Assembly: GCA_964510585.1 (NCBI GenBank)
Contig: CAZECW010000063.1
Location: forward strand, 1 to 25,858
Direction of reading: 5' to 3'
Source: an uncultured archaeon
Lineage (GTDB): Archaea > Asgardarchaeota > Jordiarchaeia > Jordiarchaeales > Jordiarchaeaceae
DNA length: 25,858 nucleotides
Shown here: positions 17,117 to 25,657 of the stretch, piece after piece
Position numbering within the stretch: position 1 is the first letter of the stretch
Layout: the number at the start of each line of letters is the position of its first letter
The notes under the pieces: model-generated
Databases searched by the model: none
Told to the model about the DNA's origin: nothing
The model's input: the letters and a program-made list of their open reading frames with translations, nothing else
Program-made: the position numbers and the translations under genes

Positions 17117-17164
17117 TTTTCACCACCGAAAAAGTATTATCAATCCCCGCTTATACAATTTATT

Positions 17165-17986
17165 ATGTCCCATTACCGTTTGCCCAAGGGAATGAGGTAC
17201 TCTACTCTGGAGGAGAGAAAAAAATACTATGAGTTGGAGTTTCCCCTCAAAAAGGTGGAGGAATGGTTGTGGGGAAGGGAGAATACTGTTTTTGCCTTGA
17301 TTTTGGGAAGACACACAGGCATAGTTCTCCCTGAATATCAAGACATAAGAAATAACACAGTGGTGGTCGATGATTACCAAAATCTTGAGGACGTGCGAGA
17401 TTATATCCTTCAGTATCTTCCTGAGGGGGTATACTATGATAGAAACCTCTACTCAGACATCCAGGGTTGCAGCAAGTGTGGGAAGGAACCAAAGGACTGT
17501 TGGAACTGTAAATACTTCAAGGGACAGGAACTGGCTTTTGACCTTGACCCGGAGAATGTGGTCTGCCCCTACCACGGAAACTATGAGAAAAAAATGAAGA
17601 TGCACCAGGGGCTGAGCTTTTGCATGTACGAGTTCAAAACGGTGAGGCGGAAAACAATTGAGCTGCAGGAGGAACTGAGCAAAGAATTCACGGATCTCCG
17701 ATTCGTGTATTCAGGTAGAGGATTTCACATACACGTTTTGGACGATGAAGCCACAAAGATGGGGAGAAAAGAAAGGGAGAAAATAGCTGAAAAGTGGAAA
17801 AAAAGGTATCCCATAGATCCCTGGGTGACGGGTGGGGAAATGAGGCTAATTAGGCTCCCCTACTCACTTCACGGAATGGTTTCCAGAGTCTGCATCCCCC
17901 TAAAACTAGAAGAAATAAAAAGTTTTGACCCCAGAAGCTCCAGAAAATGTTTCCCCTCCTTCCTAAAAATGAAGCAAGCTTCCTAG
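17165..17986 (+). CDS. Archaeo-eukaryotic primase (PriS-like) protein with Cys/His clusters
   Basis: Motif I ELAFDLD, motif II SGRGFHIHV and motif III IDPWVT...RLIRLPYSLHG. Also CSKC/CWNC and CPYH...C. Confidence 0.85.
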   Translation: MSHYRLPKGMRYSTLEERKKYYELEFPLKKVEEWLWGRENTVFALILGRHTGIVLPEYQDIRNNTVVVDDYQNLEDVRDYILQYLPEGVYYDRNLYSDIQGCSKCGKEPKDCWNCKYFKGQELAFDLDPENVVCPYHGNYEKKMKMHQGLSFCMYEFKTVRRKTIELQEELSKEFTDLRFVYSGRGFHIHVLDDEATKMGRKEREKIAEKWKKRYPIDPWVTGGEMRLIRLPYSLHGMVSRVCIPLKLEEIKSFDPRSSRKCFPSFLKMKQAS

Positions 17987-20796
17987 GTATACTTCACAAC
18001 CACTTCTTTAACTTTGGAGATTTTTTGGTTAAATTTGGGAAGCCAACCTGTTTTCTGGAGTCTTCTGGCAAACCATTTCCTCACCTCTTCTGCAAGAATC
18101 ACCCCACAAGCTATGAGCGCCAGATACGTCCACTCATTCAGCCCCAGAGCAGTTGTGCCGAAAATACTCTGCATTGGAGGAACATATATCATAAGGGTTA
18201 GGATGATGATTTGAGACGCTAAACCAATCCATATCCACTTGTTACTCTTAAGGCTTGTTTTAAATAGGGATGTTTTGCTTGTTCTGCATGCCAAAACATT
18301 GCCCATTTGGCCCACAACTATGCCAGCAAAGGTCATGGTTACACCTTTAATGTACACTGGGCTGTGGGGGTCTAACTGCATACCAAGAATCCAGCCGCCA
18401 GAGGCCCACGCGTTTAGGCAGCCAAACATGGCTCCAGCGGCAATTATTATTCCTAAGTAGAGGGAGCGGAGGAAAACACTTTTGTTAAATAGTCGCTCTT
18501 TTATGCTTCGCGGGGGCTGTTCCATGATGTCCTCTTCTGGAGGCTCTTGGCTTAGGGCTAGTGAGGGAATAATATCTATGCCTATATCTATGGCTAGAAC
18601 TTGGATTATGAGGAGTGGGAGGGGTAAGCCAAAGACTACGTAGAGTATGAAGGGAATAAGTTCTGCCCAGTTATGAGTGAAAACGTAAGTGATATACTTT
18701 CTTATGTTGTCGTATACTGTGCGTCCAGATTCTACTGCTTTAACTATGGAGTTAAAACTGTCATCGAGAAGAACCATGTCGGAAGCTTCTCTGGCAATGT
18801 CGGTTCCCGAAACACCCATAGCTATACCGATGTCAGCCTCTCTCAGTGAAGGACTGTCGTTAGCTCCATCTCCAGTAACGGCAACAATTTCACCATTCTC
18901 TCTAAGGATTTTTACTATGCGAAGTTTTTGCACCGGTGTAACCAAGGCGAAGATTGAGCATCCCGCTTTTATTTCCTCTAAAATCTGCTGGTCGCTCATA
19001 CCTTCCAATTCGACGCCCGTTATTACACGGTTGCTCCCCGACTGTGAGCCGCTGGGCTCTACGATGCCTACTTCTTGGGCTATACGTTGCGCCGTTAGCC
19101 CATAGTCTCCCGTTATTATTATGGTTCTTATGCCTGCCTTTTTGGCAATCTCAATGGATTTTCTAATTTCTGGGCGAGGGGGATCCTTTATTCCTGCCAG
19201 TCCCAAAAAAACCATGTTACTCTCAATATTTTTGCCATCTAAGGATTCTCCATCCTGCAATTCTTTATACGCTACAGCTATTACACGTAGACCTTCGCTG
19301 GCGAATTTAGAAATTTTTTCTTCAATGACGTTTAGAAGTTCAGTGGTCAATTTCTCGGTTTTACCGTTGACAAATATTTTTTCACATAGGGGGAGAACGC
19401 TTCTGGGTGCGCCTTTTGTGTAGACATAAATTTTGTCTCTACCCTTATGAACAGTAGTCATCATTTTTCTCTCAGAAGTGAAGGGTATCATGTGTATGAT
19501 GGGTTTCCGGGCAAGAATGTTTTGAACATTCAACCCATACTTCAAAGCTGCGACCAGTAATGCTCCGTCGGTTGTATCCCCAATGACTCCCCAGGAAGGA
19601 TTTCTATCAGAGGGAGGAACCAACCTCGCAGTGTTACAAAGTGCAGAGACTTCAAGGAGTTTCTCAGTCTCTTCAACCTCCTCCATACCTAAAGGTCTGC
19701 CATCAACTGTAAACTCACCAATTGGAGAGTATCCTACTCCCGATATTTCCACAATTTTGTCAGGCACCCATATTTTCCTAACAGTCATCTCTCCAGTAGT
19801 GATTGTCCCAGTTTTATCTGTAGCTATTACAGTTACGCTGCCCAACGTTTGAACCGCAGATAAGCGCTTTACAAGAATATTCCCCCTCAACATTTTCATA
19901 ACACTAATGGCAAGTGTGCTTGAAACAGTTACCTGTAAAGCCTCTGGAACACAGGCCACCATTACACCTATCATAAAGAAGGTGCTGGTCAAAATGTCTG
20001 CTCCAAGTAAAAATACGCTTATCAGGAAAAAGATGCCTCCCACAATCATGGCAATGATGAAAATGTGCTTAGCGGTAAGGGCGATTTCCTTTTGAAGCGG
20101 ACTCTGTGGATCCTTTATCTCCAAAGTTAAACCTGCAACCTGTCCAAACTTGGAATTCATTCCAGTTGCAAATACGACAGCTTTTCCCCTCCCCTTAACC
20201 ACGCTTGTACTCATCAAAACAATGTTCGGAGCATATAAATATGAGGAGCCGCTAACTGTGGTGGGCTCACTGCTTCGAGGCTGCGGTTCAGACTCCCCAG
20301 TTAAGGGAACATTATTCGTCCATAAATCAAAAGACTCAACTAGGCGGGCGTCTGCTGGAACACGGTCACCCTCCTCCAGAACTATAACGTCTCCAGGCAC
20401 AAGTTCCTCCACTAAAACTTTTTCGAGTTCCCCATCCCGAATAACTTTGGCATATTCAGGCATCCAATGCCTTAAAGCTTCCATGGCTTTTTCTGCACGC
20501 CACTCCTGAAAAACGCCGAAAACCGTGTTAACGAGAACGACAACAAAAATAACTAGGCTCATCTGCCACATACCACTCAAAAAAGATAGCAAGCTTGCAG
20601 AAAGGAGAATAATGCTAAATAAGTCTTTAAAACCCCTAAAAAACCTGTACGCGGTGGCTTCCCGCTTCCTCTCAACTAACAAATTGGGCCCATAAATTTC
20701 AAGTCTTCTGCCAGCTTCCTCACTACTCAACCCATTGGGCGTGGTTCCAAGAGCTTCGTAAACCTCTTCGATGCCCAGAGCGACAACTTTTTCCAA
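17983..20796 (-). CDS. P-type cation-transporting ATPase (type II)
   Basis: TGES, CVPEAL, phosphorylation site DKTGT, KGAP, DPPR, TGD, TGDGANDSPSL and LLDDSFNSIV. Confidence 0.95.
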   Translation of the reverse strand: MEKVVALGIEEVYEALGTTPNGLSSEEAGRRLEIYGPNLLVERKREATAYRFFRGFKDLFSIILLSASLLSFLSGMWQMSLVIFVVVLVNTVFGVFQEWRAEKAMEALRHWMPEYAKVIRDGELEKVLVEELVPGDVIVLEEGDRVPADARLVESFDLWTNNVPLTGESEPQPRSSEPTTVSGSSYLYAPNIVLMSTSVVKGRGKAVVFATGMNSKFGQVAGLTLEIKDPQSPLQKEIALTAKHIFIIAMIVGGIFFLISVFLLGADILTSTFFMIGVMVACVPEALQVTVSSTLAISVMKMLRGNILVKRLSAVQTLGSVTVIATDKTGTITTGEMTVRKIWVPDKIVEISGVGYSPIGEFTVDGRPLGMEEVEETEKLLEVSALCNTARLVPPSDRNPSWGVIGDTTDGALLVAALKYGLNVQNILARKPIIHMIPFTSERKMMTTVHKGRDKIYVYTKGAPRSVLPLCEKIFVNGKTEKLTTELLNVIEEKISKFASEGLRVIAVAYKELQDGESLDGKNIESNMVFLGLAGIKDPPRPEIRKSIEIAKKAGIRTIIITGDYGLTAQRIAQEVGIVEPSGSQSGSNRVITGVELEGMSDQQILEEIKAGCSIFALVTPVQKLRIVKILRENGEIVAVTGDGANDSPSLREADIGIAMGVSGTDIAREASDMVLLDDSFNSIVKAVESGRTVYDNIRKYITYVFTHNWAELIPFILYVVFGLPLPLLIIQVLAIDIGIDIIPSLALSQEPPEEDIMEQPPRSIKERLFNKSVFLRSLYLGIIIAAGAMFGCLNAWASGGWILGMQLDPHSPVYIKGVTMTFAGIVVGQMGNVLACRTSKTSLFKTSLKSNKWIWIGLASQIIILTLMIYVPPMQSIFGTTALGLNEWTYLALIACGVILAEEVRKWFARRLQKTGWLPKFNQKISKVKEVVVKYT

Positions 20797-20848
20797 GGAA
20801 ATTCCACCAGAAGGCTTAAATAAAGGCCTAGAAGAAACCCCGCAACTA

Positions 20849-20904
20849 TCTCCAAAGGCGAGCTGGTAAAAGCCGAATTTATTACTCGCCTTAATACTTG
20901 GAGA
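20849..20904. promoter_or_regulatory. Nested inverted repeat upstream of the P-type ATPase
   Basis: TCTCCAA-AGGCGAG ... CTCGCCT-(6 nt)-TTGGAGA gives two 7-bp arms, 53-108 bp upstream of the ATPase start. Confidence 0.4.
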
Positions 20905-21483
20905 GTTTTTAAGTTTTGGTAAGAGGTTTTTACTTATCTCACCTTCCCGAATTAACAGAATATTTGAGTTTCATACTATTCAAACCAAAAATTTAAACAT
21001 ATCGGAATAACCTTAAAAGAATTGGAACCACCCAAATCCACACAATTAGCAGCTCCTCTCTTTTTCAGAAACTGTTCTTCGTACTAAAATGGTTTCAACA
21101 CCCTTCTTTTTAACATATTTGTGTAAAAAAAGGAAGCGACACATTGCATAGGTGGAAAAAGGTGGGAGCCTCCCAAAATTAATTCAATCCCTACTTTAGG
21201 AGGCTTGCCCAAACAATTTGGATTATAGATCGTGGAGGATGATCTCACTAGGTACCTGTTTCCCCTTGTCGGGAAAAGGTGATTCCCTATTTTTATTGAA
21301 CCTTAAACGTCTTCCGAAAAAGGATAAATTAACCTTCTTTCTCGGTTTGGAGCCCTACTTAACCTTTTTCAGACACCATTACCAAGTGTATGAAAACTGA
21401 AACTTTAATTTCTGTGAAGAGAAGAATTTACACTTGCCTTATTTCCTTGTTTTCGTTAAAAGTTATTTTGAGTTGGTGGGGAA

Positions 21484-21555
21484 TCACTTTTTCTTCTTCT
21501 TAGCCTTTACTTCTTTTCCTTTATAATAGTACTCCTTCTTCTTTTTCTCAGACAC
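21484..21555 (-). CDS. 23-aa Lys-rich micropeptide (absent from the ORF track)
   Basis: GTG start; the product is MSEKKKKEYYYKGKEVKAKKKKK, ending at TGA. A GGGGG RBS-like run lies 7 nt upstream and TTTATAA 40 nt upstream. Confidence 0.5.
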   Translation of the reverse strand: MSEKKKKEYYYKGKEVKAKKKKK

Positions 21556-21703
21556 ATAGATGCCCCCAATGTTTACCTTAACCCTTAAAATAGGTTATAA
21601 ACTATTTATTCTTTTTCCAACTCTAGAGTTTTCGCCAAAAAGATAGGGGAACAGTTAGCTCTGAAAAAACTAGTTAATATGGTAATAAAAAAGGTGAGGT
21701 TGA

Positions 21704-22174
21704 TTAGGTGGAAGGCTCTCTCTTCTTTAGGATAAGTCCAACCAGCCACGCTGAACCCAAAGTTATGAAGAAGCCAATGATCCCTGCAAGTAGTGAGGAG
21801 AGATACTCAGCACTACTTAGGGCTTCGCCCAATTGGTAGAGAACTATTTCTGGAATTTCGACGAAGGAACTATAGTAGAGCTCATAGATGATTAGAGGGT
21901 AGAGTTGTGGAATGTAGTAGTCGGGGAAGAGGGCGTAAGTAATGGTGTATGAGTAAATGGGCAACAGTGAACTAAACTCGATGCCAGTGGCGTAACTTAG
22001 TAGGTCGCTGTAGAGTGCCAAATCTTCCGAGACTTTCTCTAAACCATCTGGGTTACGCGAAGCTAATGGCAGGAAAACTGCGATTATCAATAATCCTGCG
22101 AATACTCCCCACCTGAACCATCTCTGATTCCAAGTTTCCTTGGCCACGTTTTTTACCGTTTCCCACGCACCCAA
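21704..22174 (-). CDS. PDGLE-domain protein (NikN/CbiN-like ECF component)
   Basis: ASRNPDGLE follows an N-terminal TM; C-terminal TM LLAGIIGFFITLGSAWLVGLIL. The gene starts 6 bp after the M component. Confidence 0.88.
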   Translation of the reverse strand: MGAWETVKNVAKETWNQRWFRWGVFAGLLIIAVFLPLASRNPDGLEKVSEDLALYSDLLSYATGIEFSSLLPIYSYTITYALFPDYYIPQLYPLIIYELYYSSFVEIPEIVLYQLGEALSSAEYLSSLLAGIIGFFITLGSAWLVGLILKKREPST

Positions 22175-22180
22175 AACTAT

Positions 22181-22933
22181 TCAACCTCCATACCCTTTTT
22201 TAGAATTCTTTCTTGGACTTTCCTTCTTCTCAGCTGGGCTTGAAGCTTCTTTCATCTCCTCAGCTCTCCAAGACAAAAGTCGTTTAAAGCCTATTTTTGG
22301 CAATTCTAATAGGTCTGGTCTAACTCTGATGACGTACTCTATCACAATTACGGTGATTATGGCTTCACCGACTCCAATGATTAGATGCCATCCGACCATA
22401 GCAGGAACAGTGTATTGTACTCCGTAGGGGAAGGTGTAGGACCATCCAATCTGCAGTCCACAGGCAAGTGCGGCGAGAACTATGGCTAGGTAGGATCCCA
22501 CTGCAGCTCCTATTCTTATGCCCCAGTTTCCTTTTTTCACAATTTTCCTGATCCCCAAATAGACGTAGTAACCCACAAATCCTCCAATCAAACCCATATT
22601 GAAAATATTGGCTCCAAGAGCTGTTACTCCACCATCCGCGAAAACGAAAGCCTGTATCAACAAAATTATAGACATTGAAAGGAGCGCTCCAAAGGGGCCT
22701 AGAAAAACAGATACTAGGGTGGCACCAACCAAGTGCCCACTGGTTCCTCCCACAATTGGGAAGTTGAGCATTTGGAAGGCGAAGACACCTGCGGTAAGCA
22801 CTGCGAAAAGAGGGATAGCTTTTGTGCCCAGATACTTTTTTGCTTGGAAAAGACCTAGGATGACGAAGACTGCGGAAATAATTGCGAAGACCACACACAG
22901 TGTAGGATCTAGATAGCCGTCTGGAATGTGCAT
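22181..22933 (-). CDS. cbiM: ECF transporter substrate component NikM/CbiM (MHIPDG type, probably Ni)
   Basis: N-terminal MHIPDG, GGTSGHLVG, QAFVFADGGVTALGANIFNMG and HLIIGVGEAIIT. Confidence 0.92.
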   Translation of the reverse strand: MHIPDGYLDPTLCVVFAIISAVFVILGLFQAKKYLGTKAIPLFAVLTAGVFAFQMLNFPIVGGTSGHLVGATLVSVFLGPFGALLSMSIILLIQAFVFADGGVTALGANIFNMGLIGGFVGYYVYLGIRKIVKKGNWGIRIGAAVGSYLAIVLAALACGLQIGWSYTFPYGVQYTVPAMVGWHLIIGVGEAIITVIVIEYVIRVRPDLLELPKIGFKRLLSWRAEEMKEASSPAEKKESPRKNSKKGYGG

Positions 22934-22970
22934 TTTTTATCCTCCACTTTTCCTTTTTTTACACAATTTG

Positions 22971-22998
22971 GTAATACTTTTTTTAAAAAAAGTATTAC
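22971..22998. promoter_or_regulatory. Perfect 28-bp palindrome, putative NikR operator
   Basis: GTAATAC-T7-A7-GTATTAC, between a TATA-like element (minus-strand TTTATAT, about 23025-23031) and the nikM start. Confidence 0.75.
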
Positions 22999-23105
22999 TG
23001 AACTATACGCTTAGGGGTGTCAGCATATAAATTTAACTGTTTCGACAAGAATAATTTAATTTTAAAATAGAATATGTATAAAAATTAGCTATCTTTTTAT
23101 TATTT

Positions 23106-23954
23106 TTACTTTTCGTTCCTATTAAGTAACTCCAAAATTTTCTGCTCCGCCGAGCTAATTGTTATTGGAAGACTACCAAAAAGCGGTAAGTTATGGTTGG
23201 ACTCCAGATTGTGAAATAATTGCCCAATTATGGGTAATTTTAGGCCATACTTTTCCAGAGTCGCAAAGTCCTGGAGAACTTCTATTGTGGAACCAACGAC
23301 TTTTATTTCTCCATTGTACATTATCATTGTTCTATCTGTGATTTGGGGCAAAGTGTCCACATCATGGGTAGCAATAATAATTGTTTTTCCCTTAGAAGAT
23401 AATTCCTCTAGTATACTGACAATGTTCTCTACACCTTTGGGATCTAGGTTAGCTGTAGGTTCATCTAGAAGGAGAATGTCTGGCTCCATGGAGAGAATAG
23501 TGGCTAGGGCGGCCCTCCTTTTCTCACCGAAACTCAAGTGGTGAGGAGGCTTCTCGGCATATTCCTCCAGTCCGACGAGTTTGAGAGCCTTTTCAACCCG
23601 CTCCTCCACCTCTTCCTGTGTGAAGCCCAGATTTATGGGTCCAAATGCCACATCGTCCCAGAGTGTGGGGCAGAATAGTTGGTTCTCGGGGTTCTGAAAA
23701 ACGAAGCCCACTCTCCGCCTTATCTCCCTAAGATTTTTCTCTACCACTTTTTTACCGAAAATGTGTATGGCACCCTTCGTGGGTGTGAGGAGACCGTTAA
23801 GATTCATGAGCAGAGTTGACTTTCCAACTCCACTTTTTCCAAGAAGTAGAATTGATTCTCCAGCATGCACTTTGAAACTTACATCCCTCAAGGCCCAAGT
23901 TCCATCAGGATACTTATAGTTTAGGTTTTCCACATCTACTGCTAACTCAGACAA
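23106..23954 (-). CDS. cbiO: ECF transporter ATPase (NikO/CbiO)
   Basis: Walker A GKSGVGKST, Q-loop FQNPENQ, signature LSFGEKRR, Walker B LLLDEPT and H-loop ATHD. Likely TTG start at 23954, overlapping the Q stop. Confidence 0.93.
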   Translation of the reverse strand: MSELAVDVENLNYKYPDGTWALRDVSFKVHAGESILLLGKSGVGKSTLLMNLNGLLTPTKGAIHIFGKKVVEKNLREIRRRVGFVFQNPENQLFCPTLWDDVAFGPINLGFTQEEVEERVEKALKLVGLEEYAEKPPHHLSFGEKRRAALATILSMEPDILLLDEPTANLDPKGVENIVSILEELSSKGKTIIIATHDVDTLPQITDRTMIMYNGEIKVVGSTIEVLQDFATLEKYGLKLPIIGQLFHNLESNHNLPLFGSLPITISSAEQKILELLNRNEK

Positions 23955-24882
23955 CCAAAAACCCCCAGAAGGTTCTAGTAAAATCGGTAAAGATATACAT
24001 TTTTTTAACAACAAAATCTATTACTAGGTAGGTGGAGTGGGAGTAGTTGAAAATCATAAAATTGAATGCGATCATGTCCACAAAGATTAACCCAAAAACA
24101 AGTGCTAATACTAGAGATAGAAAGGCGGCGTCCCTCATTCCCATTTTATGTGAGTGGTGGCTTTCAATTTTTCCCACGTATCCCCTTGAAAGCATAGCAT
24201 AGTATACTTGTTCTCCCCTTTCATAAGCTCTTATGAATAGTGAGCCTATCATTTGTCCCACCACTTTTATTCTTTGGAGTATGCTCTCCTTTCCGAAACT
24301 CCTCATGTTTCTGGCCTGAACCATGGAGAGGGCCTCTCCAGCAAACAGGAAAATGTAGCGATAAGTAACCAGAAGAAGCGAGGTGAAGAGTTCGGGTACA
24401 CCCAATTTGTTCAGCGCCACAGCCAAACTGGAAAATTTGGTTGTTGAAATAAGGAGAATAGCCGCACATGAAGCAACTCCTACTCGCAAAACGAAAACTA
24501 TGGTTCTGTACAGCCCCTCGAAGGAAACCGTCAAATATGTATAGCCATAAACGTGAATGAAAGTTAGGGGATTTCCGGAAACTATGAAGGGAATCGGCAA
24601 TGTTATAATTAGTGAGAAGAGGGGGATAAAGGATGCCCGCACCAAATATAATTTTAAAGGAATTCTGGAAAGCAAAACCAAAACCATAAGGATAACAAGG
24701 GGACCCAACAAGAACACTGCATTCTCTAGCGTAACAGCGCAGAAAATTATGGAAACTATGGAGAGAAACTTAACCCTTGGATCCAACCGGTGAACCAAGG
24801 AATCTATACTTGTACTCTTCTCGGTAAGTAGGGTGTCTCTAAAAAATGTCAAAAACACTTCCATACTGATAGGATTCTTCAA
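23947..24882 (-). CDS. cbiQ: ECF transporter transmembrane component (NikQ/CbiQ)
   Basis: HRLDPRVK, YRYIFLF, ARNMRS and RAYERGEQVYYAMLSRGY. Likely TTG start at 24882 after GGAGGT. Confidence 0.92.
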   Translation of the reverse strand: MKNPISMEVFLTFFRDTLLTEKSTSIDSLVHRLDPRVKFLSIVSIIFCAVTLENAVFLLGPLVILMVLVLLSRIPLKLYLVRASFIPLFSLIITLPIPFIVSGNPLTFIHVYGYTYLTVSFEGLYRTIVFVLRVGVASCAAILLISTTKFSSLAVALNKLGVPELFTSLLLVTYRYIFLFAGEALSMVQARNMRSFGKESILQRIKVVGQMIGSLFIRAYERGEQVYYAMLSRGYVGKIESHHSHKMGMRDAAFLSLVLALVFGLIFVDMIAFNFMIFNYSHSTYLVIDFVVKKMYIFTDFTRTFWGFLVV

Positions 24883-25224
24883 TAATAAACCTCCAAATTC
24901 CACATCAAAACAACCTTTGCGATGATCGCATACTCCAAATCTAGATCCCAAAAGGGGGGAGACTCTGCTGTTAAAAAGGTATGCCCTCATTAATAGTGGT
25001 AATTATCAAAGGGGTTACGAGTAAAAGGTTCAAGTTTCAAGTAATAAATTTTTCTAAAAAAATAATACCGAAAACATGCCCCGAACAATCAAACACCCAT
25101 CCACACAATCCCTCATAGTAAAAAAGGACACATAAATAAAAAAAGGGACAAAAAGTTATCTTTAAAGCATCGAAAGAGGAATACTCTCGAAAAGAAGCAT
25201 CTAAAAAATTTGGCGGTAAAAAAC

Positions 25225-25545
25225 ATGATAGTAAGGTCAAAACAGGCAAAAACTGTGGAAATGTTTGAAGGCGTCATCCGCAAAACGCTGGCAATTGGAG
25301 AAAAAATGTTGATGGCAGAATTCACATTTCGCAAAGGAGCAATAGTACCCGCGCATACCCATCCCCACGAGCAGGTGGGATATGTGGTAAAGGGAAAAGT
25401 TAATTTAAGAATCGGGGAGCAAAAATATCTGTTAGGAGCCGGGGACAGCTACTATATAAAACCAAACATCGAACACTCCGCAGAATTAATCGAAGAATCC
25501 TTAATCATAGATGTTTTCTGCCCACCAAGAGAAGACTACAGATAA
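25225..25545 (+). CDS. Cupin-domain protein
   Basis: Cupin metal motifs HTHPHEQVGYVVKG and GDSYYIKPNIEHSA. Confidence 0.9.
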   Translation: MIVRSKQAKTVEMFEGVIRKTLAIGEKMLMAEFTFRKGAIVPAHTHPHEQVGYVVKGKVNLRIGEQKYLLGAGDSYYIKPNIEHSAELIEESLIIDVFCPPREDYR

Positions 25546-25657
25546 AACTCAATCTCTAAAAAGTGTTTTGGCGTCTTTTTCTTCTCACTAAAAATTAATT
25601 AGGAATATTTTAAAAAAAGGTATCTGGGCGCTTATATTATTAAAGGAACGTAGGGTG

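Noticed and set aside
22365-22898. 177-aa alternate-frame ORF inside cbiM/nikM
   Set aside because: Fully nested in a well-supported gene, with composition typical of an off-frame read.
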